The notes beneath the pieces are model-generated. The model saw nothing but the letters and a program-made list of their open reading frames with translations, made no database searches and had not been told where the DNA came from. A program made the translations under genes and the position numbers. This document shows positions 37,751 through 48,330 of a stretch of DNA of 64,000 bases, piece after piece. The DNA lies in NCBI GenBank assembly GCA_026395595.1, contig JAPLYL010000001.1, forward strand, positions 6,174 to 70,173, read 5' to 3'. Numbering within the stretch: the stretch's first letter is position 1; every line of letters begins with the position of its first letter. This DNA is from Candidatus Parcubacteria bacterium. GTDB lineage: Bacteria > Patescibacteriota > Minisyncoccia > Phycocordibacterales > CAIJYI01.

Positions 37751-38335
37751 TTATACAACGAAAGAGGAAAAATCAACGCGAGTCTTGAAACCCTTCCACC
37801 ATTCATTCGGATCTGCTGTCAGTATTTCTTCTCCAATGCGCTTTCCGTGATTCGTTTCCAATCTTGGTAAACCGGAGTCAATCCATTCTTGAGCAGCGGA
37901 ATATCCGATGGACATCAATTCTTTCGCGGTAAGCATCATTTCTAGAACATCGGCATCTCGGGCAATTTTACTGGCTCTCGTCTTTTCATCTTCAAATTCA
38001 TTCCAGACAAAAGCAATGCCATCTCCCACGACACCTAATCCGGCAATTTGATCGCGATGCGCCGATTGGTGTTCCGTTTTATTGTACTCTTTGGAAACCC
38101 GATTCATATCAATCGTGCGCGCTTCCGTAATATCATGGAAAAGCGCGACCGTCGCACAATGGCAAGGGTTTTTATGTCCTTCCAGAATAGCTAAGACAAA
38201 AGCAATTTGAGCCGTGCGAGCCGTATGCTCCGCCACGCTTTGAGGATCTCGTATTCCCAAGTACTGCCAGCCGCTTCGCGGAGTATAATTCAATTTACCG
38301 AGTTCAAACAAAAAATTTACGACTTTTTTCAACAT
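37751..38335 (-). CDS. HD-domain hydrolase (YfbR/HDDC2-like 5'-deoxynucleotidase family)
   Basis: PRSGW, SVAEH, FHDITEARTID, DADVLE; GAGG RBS before MLKKVV. Confidence 0.88.
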   Translation of the reverse strand: MLKKVVNFLFELGKLNYTPRSGWQYLGIRDPQSVAEHTARTAQIAFVLAILEGHKNPCHCATVALFHDITEARTIDMNRVSKEYNKTEHQSAHRDQIAGLGVVGDGIAFVWNEFEDEKTRASKIARDADVLEMMLTAKELMSIGYSAAQEWIDSGLPRLETNHGKRIGEEILTADPNEWWKGFKTRVDFSSFVV

Positions 38336-38511
38336 TTTTACTACCTCTTTTCTATTTTTCAAAACAACAAACCCTGTACCAAGATACAGTAAAACATGGC
38401 TCTTGTCAAAATGTCCGTTATGGTTCAATAGCTTGCAAACACAACAATATATGTTACCATTTGCAATGGAAATATCGACATTCCGTCGGTATATTTTTGA
38501 GGAGAAACAAG

Positions 38512-38769
38512 ATGTCATCTGAAAATAATCTTAATATCGGCCAAGAAATGGGGGAAGTAATTAACTCATATACGGGAGCAGATTTCAAAGAACTTTGTTC
38601 AGTAGTATACGCCGAATTCAAAAATTTGTGTCCAAAAGATGAAGACGAGAAATATAAATGGTCGTGGTTTGTTATCGGAATGATCATTGGTTCTTGTGAA
38701 GAAAAGGGGATTAAATTGAGAGACGATGACTTCAATACGGCTTGCGAAGTATTTGAAACACACGTTTAA
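38512..38769 (+). CDS. Hypothetical protein
   Basis: GAGGAG RBS before MSSENN; terminator at about 38780-38810. Confidence 0.6.
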   Translation: MSSENNLNIGQEMGEVINSYTGADFKELCSVVYAEFKNLCPKDEDEKYKWSWFVIGMIIGSCEEKGIKLRDDDFNTACEVFETHV

Positions 38770-38808
38770 TCGTCCATTCAAAAACGCGACCTTTGCGGTC
38801 GCGTTTTT

Positions 38809-39561
38809 TTACTTTTGAAAAACTTCCAAGCAAAGGAAGAGGGGGAATTCTTTTCTGGTTCTGTCCTCTTCTTCTTTTCTTGGGCCTTTGCCGCTTTCTT
38901 TGTGAGATATCCACTCTTCAAGACGGGAAACCGCCAAGCCATTGTTGGCGAGCACTTTGAAATACACTTGAAGCGGGCGATGAAATGAAACGGTTGTGTC
39001 TTTGTTCCCTTTCTCTCCCGGATGCATGTCTATTTCATGTTTGGATTCGGTCATGTAGGAATCAATGCGACGATATTGTTTTTTTGAAATTTCATCAAAT
39101 TCCCAAGCAGAAGCTCCGGGAATTCTAAAAGACGAATGATTTAAAACTAAAAACATTTTTCCTTTTGGAGAGAGAACTCTTTTCACTTCGCAAAAAACGG
39201 CAGAAACGTTTTGTATGTTTTGTATCGCGAGAGTAATGATAACCATATCAACAGAATGGTCAGGAATAAAGGAGATTTTTTCCGCCGATGCAACAAAAAA
39301 TTTCGCTCCGCGAACGCGATCTTTCGCTATTTTAATAAGGTTTGAAGAAATATCAACGCCGATAACTTCCGCCCCTTCGCGAACAAAAGCCTCAGAGAAA
39401 AATCCCTGCCCGCAGGCGAGATCCAGAATTTTCATACCCTTTTTCGGAGCAATCAACCGAAGCAAATTCGGCAAGATTACTTTTGATTGATAGGTATCCG
39501 AACCGTTCAAAAGTTCATCATACCAATCGCTCACATTATTCCAAGAAGTATCTTTTTTCAT
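38809..39561 (-). CDS. Class I SAM-dependent methyltransferase
   Basis: ILDLACGQG, GVDIS, FHRPL. Confidence 0.9.
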   Translation of the reverse strand: MKKDTSWNNVSDWYDELLNGSDTYQSKVILPNLLRLIAPKKGMKILDLACGQGFFSEAFVREGAEVIGVDISSNLIKIAKDRVRGAKFFVASAEKISFIPDHSVDMVIITLAIQNIQNVSAVFCEVKRVLSPKGKMFLVLNHSSFRIPGASAWEFDEISKKQYRRIDSYMTESKHEIDMHPGEKGNKDTTVSFHRPLQVYFKVLANNGLAVSRLEEWISHKESGKGPRKEEEDRTRKEFPLFLCLEVFQK

Positions 39562-39640
39562 AGTAGTTTGATTTAGGATTTAGGATTTATGAACTCGCCG
39601 ACGACGTTCGTTTTTATTCTTAAATCATACATCATAAATC

Positions 39641-40318
39641 TTAAATCTTTTGTAAATACGCCAGCCAAAAATTTCTTTTATAGCTTTGGTTTTTGAATCT
39701 GGTGTAGCTGGTCTTTTTTTCCAAGTAAAGAATTTGAAAATCTTTGGTATACAAATCTCTAAAATCTTTTTCGGTAAATACTCGTTCCACAAGCCCCATG
39801 TCTGTATTGATATAGGTATCTGCTTCCGGACCGGGGTTTTTCTTAATCAAATTCTTTGCATTTTGATCGCCATCTTTGCAAAGCGTTTTTACGAAAAAAC
39901 ATCCGCCGGGTTTCAGTACCCTCGCCGCTTCGGAAAGATATATTTCCCTTTCTTTTTCATTCAAAGAATTGGAAGACGTCACGTCAAGAATAAGGTCAAT
40001 GGAATTATCAGCGAGAGGATACGCTGCCCCGATATTTTGATGCTGATAGTTTACTGAGATACCTTTGCCTCTTGATCGCGCCAGTTCAAGCGCCGTCGTA
40101 GAAATTTCAAATCCGGTAACCTTATTATCTAAACTCGCGATATAATTGGAATTCCTTCCCGTCCCGCAACCAAGATCCAAAACTGCGAGATTTTCCAAGA
40201 CAACATTTTGTTCTTTTTTTAACCACTTCAAAAACCGCAGAGTATCTTTCTGAGGTTCTTCCCCTTTCGTCACCAATTGAGGATTCCGATATTCACGTTC
40301 CCATGTCATATTCTGCAT
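39641..40318 (-). CDS. Class I SAM-dependent methyltransferase
   Basis: VLDLGCGTGRN, VLKPGG. Confidence 0.9.
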   Translation of the reverse strand: MQNMTWEREYRNPQLVTKGEEPQKDTLRFLKWLKKEQNVVLENLAVLDLGCGTGRNSNYIASLDNKVTGFEISTTALELARSRGKGISVNYQHQNIGAAYPLADNSIDLILDVTSSNSLNEKEREIYLSEAARVLKPGGCFFVKTLCKDGDQNAKNLIKKNPGPEADTYINTDMGLVERVFTEKDFRDLYTKDFQILYLEKKTSYTRFKNQSYKRNFWLAYLQKI

Positions 40319-40426
40319 GATAATCAATACTACAACACATAACTGGTTTTGTAAACAACAACCCCGCTTTAGCGGGGTTGTTGTTTGTCGTCCTTTTTCC
40401 TTTTTTCTTATTGCTTTTTCCTCAGT

Positions 40427-41725
40427 CTAATATCCTTGGAGTTTATCCGAGCTGGGATGCTGTCTGATCTTTTCGTGCGCTTTCGCTTCAATTTGTCGGA
40501 TACGTTCGCGGGTGACGCCGAATTCTTTTCCGACTTCTTCGAGCGTGTGGGTGATACCGTCAATCAAACCGTGACGCATTTCCAAAATTTTTCTTTCTTT
40601 CGGCGAGAGGTCTCCGAGAATGGCAATGACTTGATCGGTGAGAATTCTTCGGGAAACTTCCTGATCGGGAGAAAGAATTTTGTCGTCGGCGATAAATTCT
40701 CCGAGAGTTGATTTGTCGTCTTCATCTCCGATCGGCTTTTCCAGAGAAACGGTATCCTGAACGATGTTTTCAATGTTATGGATTTTTTCAACGTCAACGC
40801 CCATCTCCATCGCGATTTCCGAAGCGAGAGGATCGCGTCCGAGGTCTTGAGAAAGCCTGCGGGAAATTTGTTTGTATTTTGCAATCGTTTCCACCATATG
40901 CACGGGAATACGAATAGTACGAGATTGGTCGGCAAGAGCGCGCGTAATGGCCTGTCTGATCCACCACGTTGCGTACGTTGAGAATTTGTATCCTTTTGCC
41001 CATTCAAACTTTTCAACCGCTTTGAAGAGGCCGATATTCCCTTCTTGAATAAGGTCAAGCAAAGTAAGGTCAGGACTTCTTCCGACGTATTTTTTCGCGA
41101 TGGAAACCACAAGGCGAAGGTTCGCTTTTGCAAGAAGATTTTTTGCTTCCGCGTCTCCAGCTTCAATTCTTTTGGCAAGTTCCCTTTCTTCATGAGCAGA
41201 GAGCAACGGATACTGTCCGATTTCTCTCAAGTACATCTGAATGGAATCTTTTGATGCGCCGTTACCGACCGAGTATTTTTTCAAAACTTCGTCGGTGTCC
41301 TCCAAGAGTCCGCCGCCTTCAAGCACGTCAATGCCCACCTGCGCCAATTTGTCATAAAGCTCGTCCAAGAAAAGAATGTCATCTTCCACATGAGGAAACT
41401 CACGGATTATTTCATCGTAGGTAACAAAACCGCGCTCGCGTCCTTTTAAGATAAGCGCCTCAGCTTTTTTCGCGCGAATAACGGCTTCTTCGGCTTTGCT
41501 TCTTTTTGGTTCCGGTGGCATCTCCAAAGTCACCTCTTCTTCTTGTTCAACCTTCTTGTTGAGAACTTTTTTGGCAGGCGTTACTTTCACTTGTTTCTTA
41601 ATGGGAGTTTTGGAAACTTTTTTTGCGGGAACAGAAGCTTTTTTTAAGACAACTTTCTTTTTTACTACCGCCGGCTTTTTTGCCAGTTTTTTGGTCTTTT
41701 GAGGCTGTTTTGATGTTTTTGGCAT
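40427..41725 (-). CDS. rpoD: Primary sigma factor RpoD/SigA with Lys-rich N-terminal extension
   Basis: [50 protein letters not shown]. Confidence 0.97.
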   Translation of the reverse strand: MPKTSKQPQKTKKLAKKPAVVKKKVVLKKASVPAKKVSKTPIKKQVKVTPAKKVLNKKVEQEEEVTLEMPPEPKRSKAEEAVIRAKKAEALILKGRERGFVTYDEIIREFPHVEDDILFLDELYDKLAQVGIDVLEGGGLLEDTDEVLKKYSVGNGASKDSIQMYLREIGQYPLLSAHEERELAKRIEAGDAEAKNLLAKANLRLVVSIAKKYVGRSPDLTLLDLIQEGNIGLFKAVEKFEWAKGYKFSTYATWWIRQAITRALADQSRTIRIPVHMVETIAKYKQISRRLSQDLGRDPLASEIAMEMGVDVEKIHNIENIVQDTVSLEKPIGDEDDKSTLGEFIADDKILSPDQEVSRRILTDQVIAILGDLSPKERKILEMRHGLIDGITHTLEEVGKEFGVTRERIRQIEAKAHEKIRQHPSSDKLQGY

Positions 41726-41806
41726 AGTGTTATGTTAGAAGTATATATATGAGATATATTGCACTAAAATGGGATTTTTTACAATGTTTCCCTGTACGAA
41801 AAAAGA

Positions 41807-43510
41807 TTATTTTGAAGCATTCAACTTATTTAGTTTCTCCGACAATACTTTGCAGGTACCGAGCAGTTCCGCCGCTTTTCCGGAGTCATGTAGTAACTCT
41901 GCCCGACGCAGTTCATTCATGGCTTCCGTCAAAGAGTCTTTTATTACTTCTTTTTCAAAATTAAGGAACAAATCTTCGATTTCATTTCGAATAGATGCGG
42001 TACCGCTATAAAAGGCTTCGGCTTCAAAAATAAGGGCGTTCTTTTCTTGTTCTTCTATTTCTCTCACCAACCCGGCAATCGTTTTATAACGTTCCTGTAA
42101 TTCCTCGGGAGAAAAAGACGGTTCAGGAGAAGCTTGTTGCCAAAGAATTACTCCGCGAATCTTTTTTTCAATAGCCTCCCTTCTTGATGCCGGCATGCGT
42201 TTTTGTATCGGCGCAATCTCTTCTTTTTCGTAAGGGGATGCCTCTTCGTTTTGTTTGAGCATTACTTTTCTGAGCTCTTCATATACCGCATCACGCGAAA
42301 CATCCAAAACAGCAGCAATGACATCAACGAAATGTGCTTGATCAATTTTGCTTTCAATGTTTGCCACAATCGGCAAAACATTTTTCTCAACCGATAAACG
42401 GAATGCTCTTTTGTCCGCCGACTTCTTTTGTAAAACAGAAAGGAAAAATTCAACGATATGTCTGGCGGAAGTTATGGCCTCTTTCCATTTTTCCGGAGAT
42501 TCAAGAATAAGATCAGCAGGATCTTTTTCTCCGGACAATTCTATAGCGTGAACGTCAAAACCCATTTGCAATCCGGGTATGGCGCTTTTCTTGGCCGCAT
42601 TCAACCCCGCATCGTCGCTGTCAAAGGAAAATAAAAGTTTGTCTGCAAAGCGTTTCAACATTTCCAAATGGAAACCGGTCAGCGCCGTTCCTGAAACCGC
42701 CACGGAATTTTTTGTTCCCGACTGATGAGCCATAATCAGATCCATCTGCCCTTCCACAAGGATTGCCGCTCCCGCTTCGCGTATCGCCGTTTTTGCAAGA
42801 GATAATCCGAAAAGTATTTTTGATTTATTGTATAAAGGAGTTTCCGGAGAGTTTACATACTTAGCAGGGTCGTCAGATTGAAACACTCGCCCAGTAAAAC
42901 CGACGACGCGGCCGGAACTGTCGCAGAGTGGAAACATAATGCGTGAGCGGAAACGATCATACATTCCTTTTTCACCACGAATAGACATTCCCGTTTTTTC
43001 CATTTCAATCGGCGTATACCCTCGAGACAAAAGATAATTTTCTAAAACATGCCAATCATTCGGCGCAAAACCAATCTGGAATTCGTCCATGGTCGCGGGT
43101 AAAAGACCGCGCTTTCGGAGATACTGTATCGCTTCGGTGTTCTTACGAAGTTCTTTTCGATAAAAAAGCGTCGCGTCAGAAAGCAACATAAAAAGTCTGT
43201 CACGTTCATTTCGTTCCGCAGGATTTTCACGAGTGAGTACCACTCCCGCACGGTCAGCCAACACACGAAGCGCTCCGGGAAAATCAGTGCCTTCTATTTC
43301 TTCCACAAAACTGAACATATCCCCGCCTTTGTTACAGCCAAAGCAATGATATGATCCGCGGTCGGGCGATACCATAAAGCTCGGCGTTTTTTCATTATGA
43401 AAAGGACACCGCGCGCGGAAGTTTCCGCCGGCGCGATCCAATTTGATATACGATCCGACAACGCTCACAATATCCAGTTTTTCTTTGATTTGTTCTACGG
43501 GGGAAGACAT
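41807..43510 (-). CDS. dnaG: DNA primase
   Basis: CPFHNEKTPSF zinc finger, DRFRSRIMFP, KYVNSPET, VEGQMD, FDSDDAG, KDPAD. Confidence 0.97.
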   Translation of the reverse strand: MSSPVEQIKEKLDIVSVVGSYIKLDRAGGNFRARCPFHNEKTPSFMVSPDRGSYHCFGCNKGGDMFSFVEEIEGTDFPGALRVLADRAGVVLTRENPAERNERDRLFMLLSDATLFYRKELRKNTEAIQYLRKRGLLPATMDEFQIGFAPNDWHVLENYLLSRGYTPIEMEKTGMSIRGEKGMYDRFRSRIMFPLCDSSGRVVGFTGRVFQSDDPAKYVNSPETPLYNKSKILFGLSLAKTAIREAGAAILVEGQMDLIMAHQSGTKNSVAVSGTALTGFHLEMLKRFADKLLFSFDSDDAGLNAAKKSAIPGLQMGFDVHAIELSGEKDPADLILESPEKWKEAITSARHIVEFFLSVLQKKSADKRAFRLSVEKNVLPIVANIESKIDQAHFVDVIAAVLDVSRDAVYEELRKVMLKQNEEASPYEKEEIAPIQKRMPASRREAIEKKIRGVILWQQASPEPSFSPEELQERYKTIAGLVREIEEQEKNALIFEAEAFYSGTASIRNEIEDLFLNFEKEVIKDSLTEAMNELRRAELLHDSGKAAELLGTCKVLSEKLNKLNASK

Positions 43511-43586
43511 GATTTTTAAAATTTCCAATTTTCAATTTCTAATTTCCAAAACTCTTGCTTTTTTTTTATATTCCGGTATAATGGTA

Positions 43587-43644
43587 GTATCACTATGAAG
43601 AAGCTCACATACGGGTTCCGTCCCGTACGGGGGCTTTTTCTTTT
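43587..43644 (+). ncRNA. Putative small structured RNA, copy A (antisense to the NYN gene 3' end)
   Basis: TTGCTT(43555)-16nt-TATAAT(43577) upstream; 54-nt unit homologous to copy B with compensatory changes; T-tract follows. Confidence 0.6.
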
Positions 43645-44147
43645 CTCCCTTCTTTTGCGTACTGCAAACGTTGTTTAAATTCATTCAAAAAAATAATTTC
43701 TCCGGAAACCGCATTGCGCAACAATGCCGATGCTTTTTTGTAATTTGGACAAATGAGAGTAGAGAAACGTTCCTTCTCTTGCAAAAAAGTAACCAAACAA
43801 GCGAAATCGCCATCACCGGAAACAATAATCGCTTTATCGTACGTTTTTTCATACATATCTGAAACGGTTTGCAGTACCAATTCCGCATCACAGTTCCCTT
43901 TAATTTCACCGTCGCCAAAGGGGATGATCGGTTTAAATACCACAATATATCCCCAATTTTGAAAATCTCGATACAGACGAGTATTTTGAGAAATAAACCC
44001 TATAAATATATAAGCTTTTTTAACTCCGTATTTTTCATCAAGCCAAACTCTCAGTTTTTTGTAATCAAGTTTCCATCCGAGTTCTTTCACTCCTCTATGA
44101 AGGTTTGCTCCGTCAATATAGGCAAAATTGTTTTTATTGTATTTCAT
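43605..44147 (-). CDS. NYN / LabA-DUF88 (PIN-like) domain protein, predicted ribonuclease
   Basis: AYIDGANL, KGNCDAEL, IIVSGDGDFACL; all four typical acidic catalytic residues present. Confidence 0.92.
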   Translation of the reverse strand: MKYNKNNFAYIDGANLHRGVKELGWKLDYKKLRVWLDEKYGVKKAYIFIGFISQNTRLYRDFQNWGYIVVFKPIIPFGDGEIKGNCDAELVLQTVSDMYEKTYDKAIIVSGDGDFACLVTFLQEKERFSTLICPNYKKASALLRNAVSGEIIFLNEFKQRLQYAKEGRKEKAPVRDGTRM

Positions 44148-44176
44148 AAAAGATAAAAGTGGTATATACTGTAATG

Positions 44177-44233
44177 GTATCTCTATAGAGAAGCACGGTT
44201 TAAGGTTTTGTCCTTATGCTGTGCTTCTCTTTT
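44177..44233 (+). ncRNA. Putative small structured RNA, copy B (antisense to the NYN 5' leader)
   Basis: TATACT at 44165-44170; 54-nt unit aligned without gaps to copy A; T-tract follows. Confidence 0.6.
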
Positions 44234-44325
44234 GTATCGCCATTATATCACGCCAACAATGGACTTGCATAATGAATAAAAGTATGTTTGAATCTGTCTT
44301 AGAAAGAATTTTTTTGGAGAAAAAA

Positions 44326-44700
44326 ATGTTTATAGTCTATTATGTTATAGTAATGGTAGTAATAATAATCGCATACCTTTTTTGGACAAAAAGAAACCTT
44401 AAAAGAAAATTCCCGCGTTTTTCTAGACTTTCAACAACCGAAAAAATACAAGCCGTTCTTTTGTATCCTTTTATCCTCATTTTATCCTCATGTATATTGA
44501 TATTTTTAATCTTTCTCACGAAGATAACGAATAGCACATTTCCGCAAACAGCGCCCCATTCGGAGCGCTGTTTTTTCTTTCTGTTTATTCAGCGGTTTCT
44601 TCTTCTGTGTCGGTATTTTCAATCACCTCGTCATCTTCCAATCTCGCGCGGAATCCTGTTCCTACTGGAATCAAACGTCCGATCAAGATGTTTTCTTTGA
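44326..44700 (+). CDS. Small two-TM membrane protein; 3' end doubtful (reads through a terminator into rpoC)
   Basis: GGAG RBS, MFIVYYVIVMVVIIIAYLFW...VLLYPFILILSSCILIFLIF. Confidence 0.4.
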   Translation: MFIVYYVIVMVVIIIAYLFWTKRNLKRKFPRFSRLSTTEKIQAVLLYPFILILSSCILIFLIFLTKITNSTFPQTAPHSERCFFFLFIQRFLLLCRYFQSPRHLPISRGILFLLESNVRSRCFL

Positions 44701-47700
44701 GACCGGAGAGGTCGTCAACAGAACCCTTGATGGCGGCATCTATTAAGATTCTTGAAGTATTCTGGAAGGATGCGGCGGAAAGGAAGCTTCTGGTCGTGAG
44801 AGATATTTCTGAAATACCCAAAACGACGGTATCTCCCTTCGCTTCCGTTCCCCCGAGTTCTTTCGCTTTTTCATTCTCTTCGTAGAATTGAATGTTTTCA
44901 ACGATCTGTCCGATGTTGAATTTCGTATCTCCTGAATCGCGAATGACTCGGCGAGAGAACATCTGTCTGATGACAATTTCAAGATGTTTACGGTCAATGG
45001 AAGCGCCCTGCAATTCGTAGACTTTGCTGATTTCAGAGATAATGTAGTTCTCGGCTTTTTCTTTTCCTCCGTATTTGAAGATTTCTGTAATGTCTCCGGC
45101 TCCGTCGGTAAGAACATCGCCTTTCAACACCTCATCTCCGACTTTCACGAGAGAAACGCGTCTTGGGTCAGTCGTATATTCGGATTCGGCAGATTTATCT
45201 TTTCCGCGAACCGTAGTCCCGAGAACTTTTATCGTGAGTTCTTTTTCACCTTGTCTGATCTCGGTTACCGAACCGTCATATTTGTTGATAATGGCGTTGC
45301 TTCGGATAGATCGGCGTTCAAAGATTTCTTCAACGCGAGGCAGACCGGCGGTAATGTCTCCTCCTGCGGTAGCGATACCTCCGGCGTGGAAGGTACGCAT
45401 GGTCAACTGAGTTCCCGGCTCGCCGATAGCTTGCGCCGCGACGACTCCAACGGCTTCTCCAAGATCAACCAATTTATTCCTTCCGAGATCCAATCCGTAG
45501 CACTGTTGGCAGATACCATAGAGCGCTTTACAGGTGAGAGGAGAGCGAACAAATACTTCCTGCACTCCGGCTTCTTCAATGGTTTTCGCATCGGCTTTTG
45601 TGAGAAGGTATTTCTTCTTAAACATAACCTTTCCATCAGGAGAAACCACGTCTTTCGCGAGTGTGCGTCCGCGGAGATTTTTAGAAATAGGGATTTCAAG
45701 ACCGTGGATATCCATTTTACGAATCGGGATTCCCGCCTTTTCACCACAGTCATGTTCACAGACAACCACTCCGTCGGAGACATAGACTAAGCGGCGAGTA
45801 AGGTAACCGGCTTTAGCGGTGTTGAGCGCGGTGTCGGTCAAACCTTTACGTGAACCGTGAGTGGAAATGAAGTATTCAAGAGGAGAGAGACCTTCTTTAT
45901 TGGACGGTTTAATCGGGAAGTCAATGGTGCGTCCGGTCGTGCTAATGATAAGTCCTTTGATACCGGCCATCTGGACGATAGCGGAAAGCGAACCTCGGGC
46001 TCCGGAATAGATCATGTCGTACACTGACCCATGTTCCTGAATAGCTTGAGGAATAAGTTTTTCAATTTCAGAGATTGCGCCCTGCCATATTTCAATAGTT
46101 TTTCGGTAGCGTTCGTCTTCAGAAAGCAAACCTTCGTTATATTGGTCTTTGACCTTATCGGCCATAGCTTGGCGTGAAGCGATGACCGCTTTTTTTCCTT
46201 CCGGAACTTTCACGTCGTCAATGCCCCACGTAATGCCGGCTTTCGTTACCCATTTGAATCCGAAGTTCTTTATTTTATCCAAAACAGCCGGAGTTCCTTC
46301 AATACCGTATCTCGCCACCACGTCGTCAACGATCTTTGACATGGCTTTTCGGTCTATTTCTTTGTTAATGAAAGCGAAATCTTTCGGAAGAACGCCATTG
46401 AACAAAAGTCGTCCGATAGAGGTTTCAAAAGGTTTTCCATCAAAGATATCATATTTCGGGCTGTCTGTCCCAAGAACGGTAATTTTTGCGCGAATGGAAA
46501 CTTTTCCAAAATCATGCGCCATAATAGCGCTGTTCGGATTTGGGAAAAACTTCCCTTCCCCCATTTCTCCTTCCATTATTTTTGTCGTCCAGTAAGAACC
46601 GAGGACAATGTCCAACATTTTTGCAGAAGCGATAGCTTCGCCGTTGCCCGGTTTGAGAAGGTTTTTAGCGGAAGACATCAGATCTCCGGCTTCTTTCTGA
46701 GCTTCTCTGGAAAGAGGCAAGTGAACGGCCATTTGGTCTCCGTCAAAGTCCGCGTTAAAGGCGGAACACACGAGCGGGTGAACCTGAATGGCGGATCCTT
46801 CAACAAGGATAGGATGGAAAGCCTGAATACCGAGACGATGCAAGGTAGGCGCACGATTCAAGAGAACATATTTTCCGCGGATGACCTCTTCAAGAATAGC
46901 CCACACTTCAGGAACACTCTCATCAATGAGGCGGTTTGCTCCGCGGATATTGTACGCGAGTTCAGTTTGCAAAATCTTTGAAACGACGAACGGACGGAAA
47001 AGTTCAAGCGTGAGATATTTCGGCAATCCGCATTGATCAAGTTTGAGGTCAGGCCCGACGACGATAACGGAACGTCCGGAATAATCAACGCGTTTTCCGA
47101 GAAGATTCTGACGGAAAAGTCCTTGCTTCCCTTTCAAAGAATCAGAGAGAGACTTGAGAGCGCGTCTTTGCGCTTGATTCATGGCGGCAGAGGTTTGTTT
47201 TCGGGCGGAATTATCTATCAGAGAGTCAACAGCTTCTTGGAGAATACGTTTTTCATTGCGCAAGATAACATCGGGAGCGCCGATCTCTTTGAGTTTCTTC
47301 AAACGATTGTTGCGGTTGATGACACGGCGATACAAATCGTTTACGTCGGAAGTCGCATGACGTCCTCCATCAAGCGGAATCATCGGACGAAGAGCCGGAG
47401 GAGTAACCGCGATAACCGTCAAAAACATCCATTCGGGACGAACTCCGGAAGAAAGAAGGGAACGAACGAGTCCGAGTCTTTTCTGAACCTTCACACGTTC
47501 GGTCGCTCCGACTTTTTCATATTCCAAATCAAGCTTTTCTTTCAGCTTCGCGAGGTCTATTTTTTTGAAAATATCGTAAATGGCTTCAGCTCCAATACCC
47601 GCTTCAAAAGCGCTTCCATATTTAACGGAATACTTGTGATACATCGCTTCATCCAAAACAACTCCTTCGTTCAAATTATCCAGTTCTTTCTTTGCGGAAG

Positions 47701-48286
47701 TGAAGAGATCTTTTATTTTATCTTTTGTTTTGTCGTCAGAGTATTGTTTTACTTTTCCTTTGTATTCAGAATCCAGTTCTTTCATCAAACGGGTCTTTTC
47801 GGCTTGATTAACGTGAGTGACGATGTACCCGGCAAAGTAAATGACTTTTTCCACTTCAGCCACAGGAAGATTGAGCATGAGTCCGATACGTGAAGGAACG
47901 CCTCTCAAAAACCAAATATGAGAAACGGGGGCTGCCAATTCAAGGTGTCCCATTCGGTCGCGTCTGGCGATAGAGCGAGTGATCTCCACTCCGCATTTTT
48001 CGCAAACGATTCCTTTGTAGCGAATTCCTTTGTATTTTCCACAGTAACATTCGTAGTCCTTTTCAGGTCCGAATATCTTTTCGCAGAAAAGTCCGCTTCG
48101 TTCGCTTCGCTGCGTACGGTAGTTTATTGTTTCCGGTTTCGTTACTTCGCCGAATGACCAAGAGAGCATCACTTCGGGAGAAGCAAGCTTGAGTGAAATC
48201 TGGTCAAAGTCGTTCAAGTTGAAACCTTGATTTTTTGCGAGCGGAGCAGTGTTGTACTCTGCGCTTATTGTTTCGTTCGGTTCCAT
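44585..48286 (-). CDS. rpoC: RNA polymerase beta' subunit
   Basis: [43 protein letters not shown]. Confidence 0.99.
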   Translation of the reverse strand: MEPNETISAEYNTAPLAKNQGFNLNDFDQISLKLASPEVMLSWSFGEVTKPETINYRTQRSERSGLFCEKIFGPEKDYECYCGKYKGIRYKGIVCEKCGVEITRSIARRDRMGHLELAAPVSHIWFLRGVPSRIGLMLNLPVAEVEKVIYFAGYIVTHVNQAEKTRLMKELDSEYKGKVKQYSDDKTKDKIKDLFTSAKKELDNLNEGVVLDEAMYHKYSVKYGSAFEAGIGAEAIYDIFKKIDLAKLKEKLDLEYEKVGATERVKVQKRLGLVRSLLSSGVRPEWMFLTVIAVTPPALRPMIPLDGGRHATSDVNDLYRRVINRNNRLKKLKEIGAPDVILRNEKRILQEAVDSLIDNSARKQTSAAMNQAQRRALKSLSDSLKGKQGLFRQNLLGKRVDYSGRSVIVVGPDLKLDQCGLPKYLTLELFRPFVVSKILQTELAYNIRGANRLIDESVPEVWAILEEVIRGKYVLLNRAPTLHRLGIQAFHPILVEGSAIQVHPLVCSAFNADFDGDQMAVHLPLSREAQKEAGDLMSSAKNLLKPGNGEAIASAKMLDIVLGSYWTTKIMEGEMGEGKFFPNPNSAIMAHDFGKVSIRAKITVLGTDSPKYDIFDGKPFETSIGRLLFNGVLPKDFAFINKEIDRKAMSKIVDDVVARYGIEGTPAVLDKIKNFGFKWVTKAGITWGIDDVKVPEGKKAVIASRQAMADKVKDQYNEGLLSEDERYRKTIEIWQGAISEIEKLIPQAIQEHGSVYDMIYSGARGSLSAIVQMAGIKGLIISTTGRTIDFPIKPSNKEGLSPLEYFISTHGSRKGLTDTALNTAKAGYLTRRLVYVSDGVVVCEHDCGEKAGIPIRKMDIHGLEIPISKNLRGRTLAKDVVSPDGKVMFKKKYLLTKADAKTIEEAGVQEVFVRSPLTCKALYGICQQCYGLDLGRNKLVDLGEAVGVVAAQAIGEPGTQLTMRTFHAGGIATAGGDITAGLPRVEEIFERRSIRSNAIINKYDGSVTEIRQGEKELTIKVLGTTVRGKDKSAESEYTTDPRRVSLVKVGDEVLKGDVLTDGAGDITEIFKYGGKEKAENYIISEISKVYELQGASIDRKHLEIVIRQMFSRRVIRDSGDTKFNIGQIVENIQFYEENEKAKELGGTEAKGDTVVLGISEISLTTRSFLSAASFQNTSRILIDAAIKGSVDDLSGLKENILIGRLIPVGTGFRARLEDDEVIENTDTEEETAE

Positions 48287-48330
48287 AATGGTTTGAGAAA
48301 TATGTTTAAATTCCAAAAGTTTTAGTAAAT

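Noticed and set aside
43587-44230. CRISPR mini-array
   Set aside because: Only two diverged units separated by a whole gene, with no cas genes; kept as an ncRNA candidate instead.
44128-44325. 190-aa ORF 44128-44700 as given in the ORF track
   Set aside because: Its 5' part overlaps the NYN start and hairpin unit B; only the part from ATG 44326 has an RBS and protein-like TM segments.
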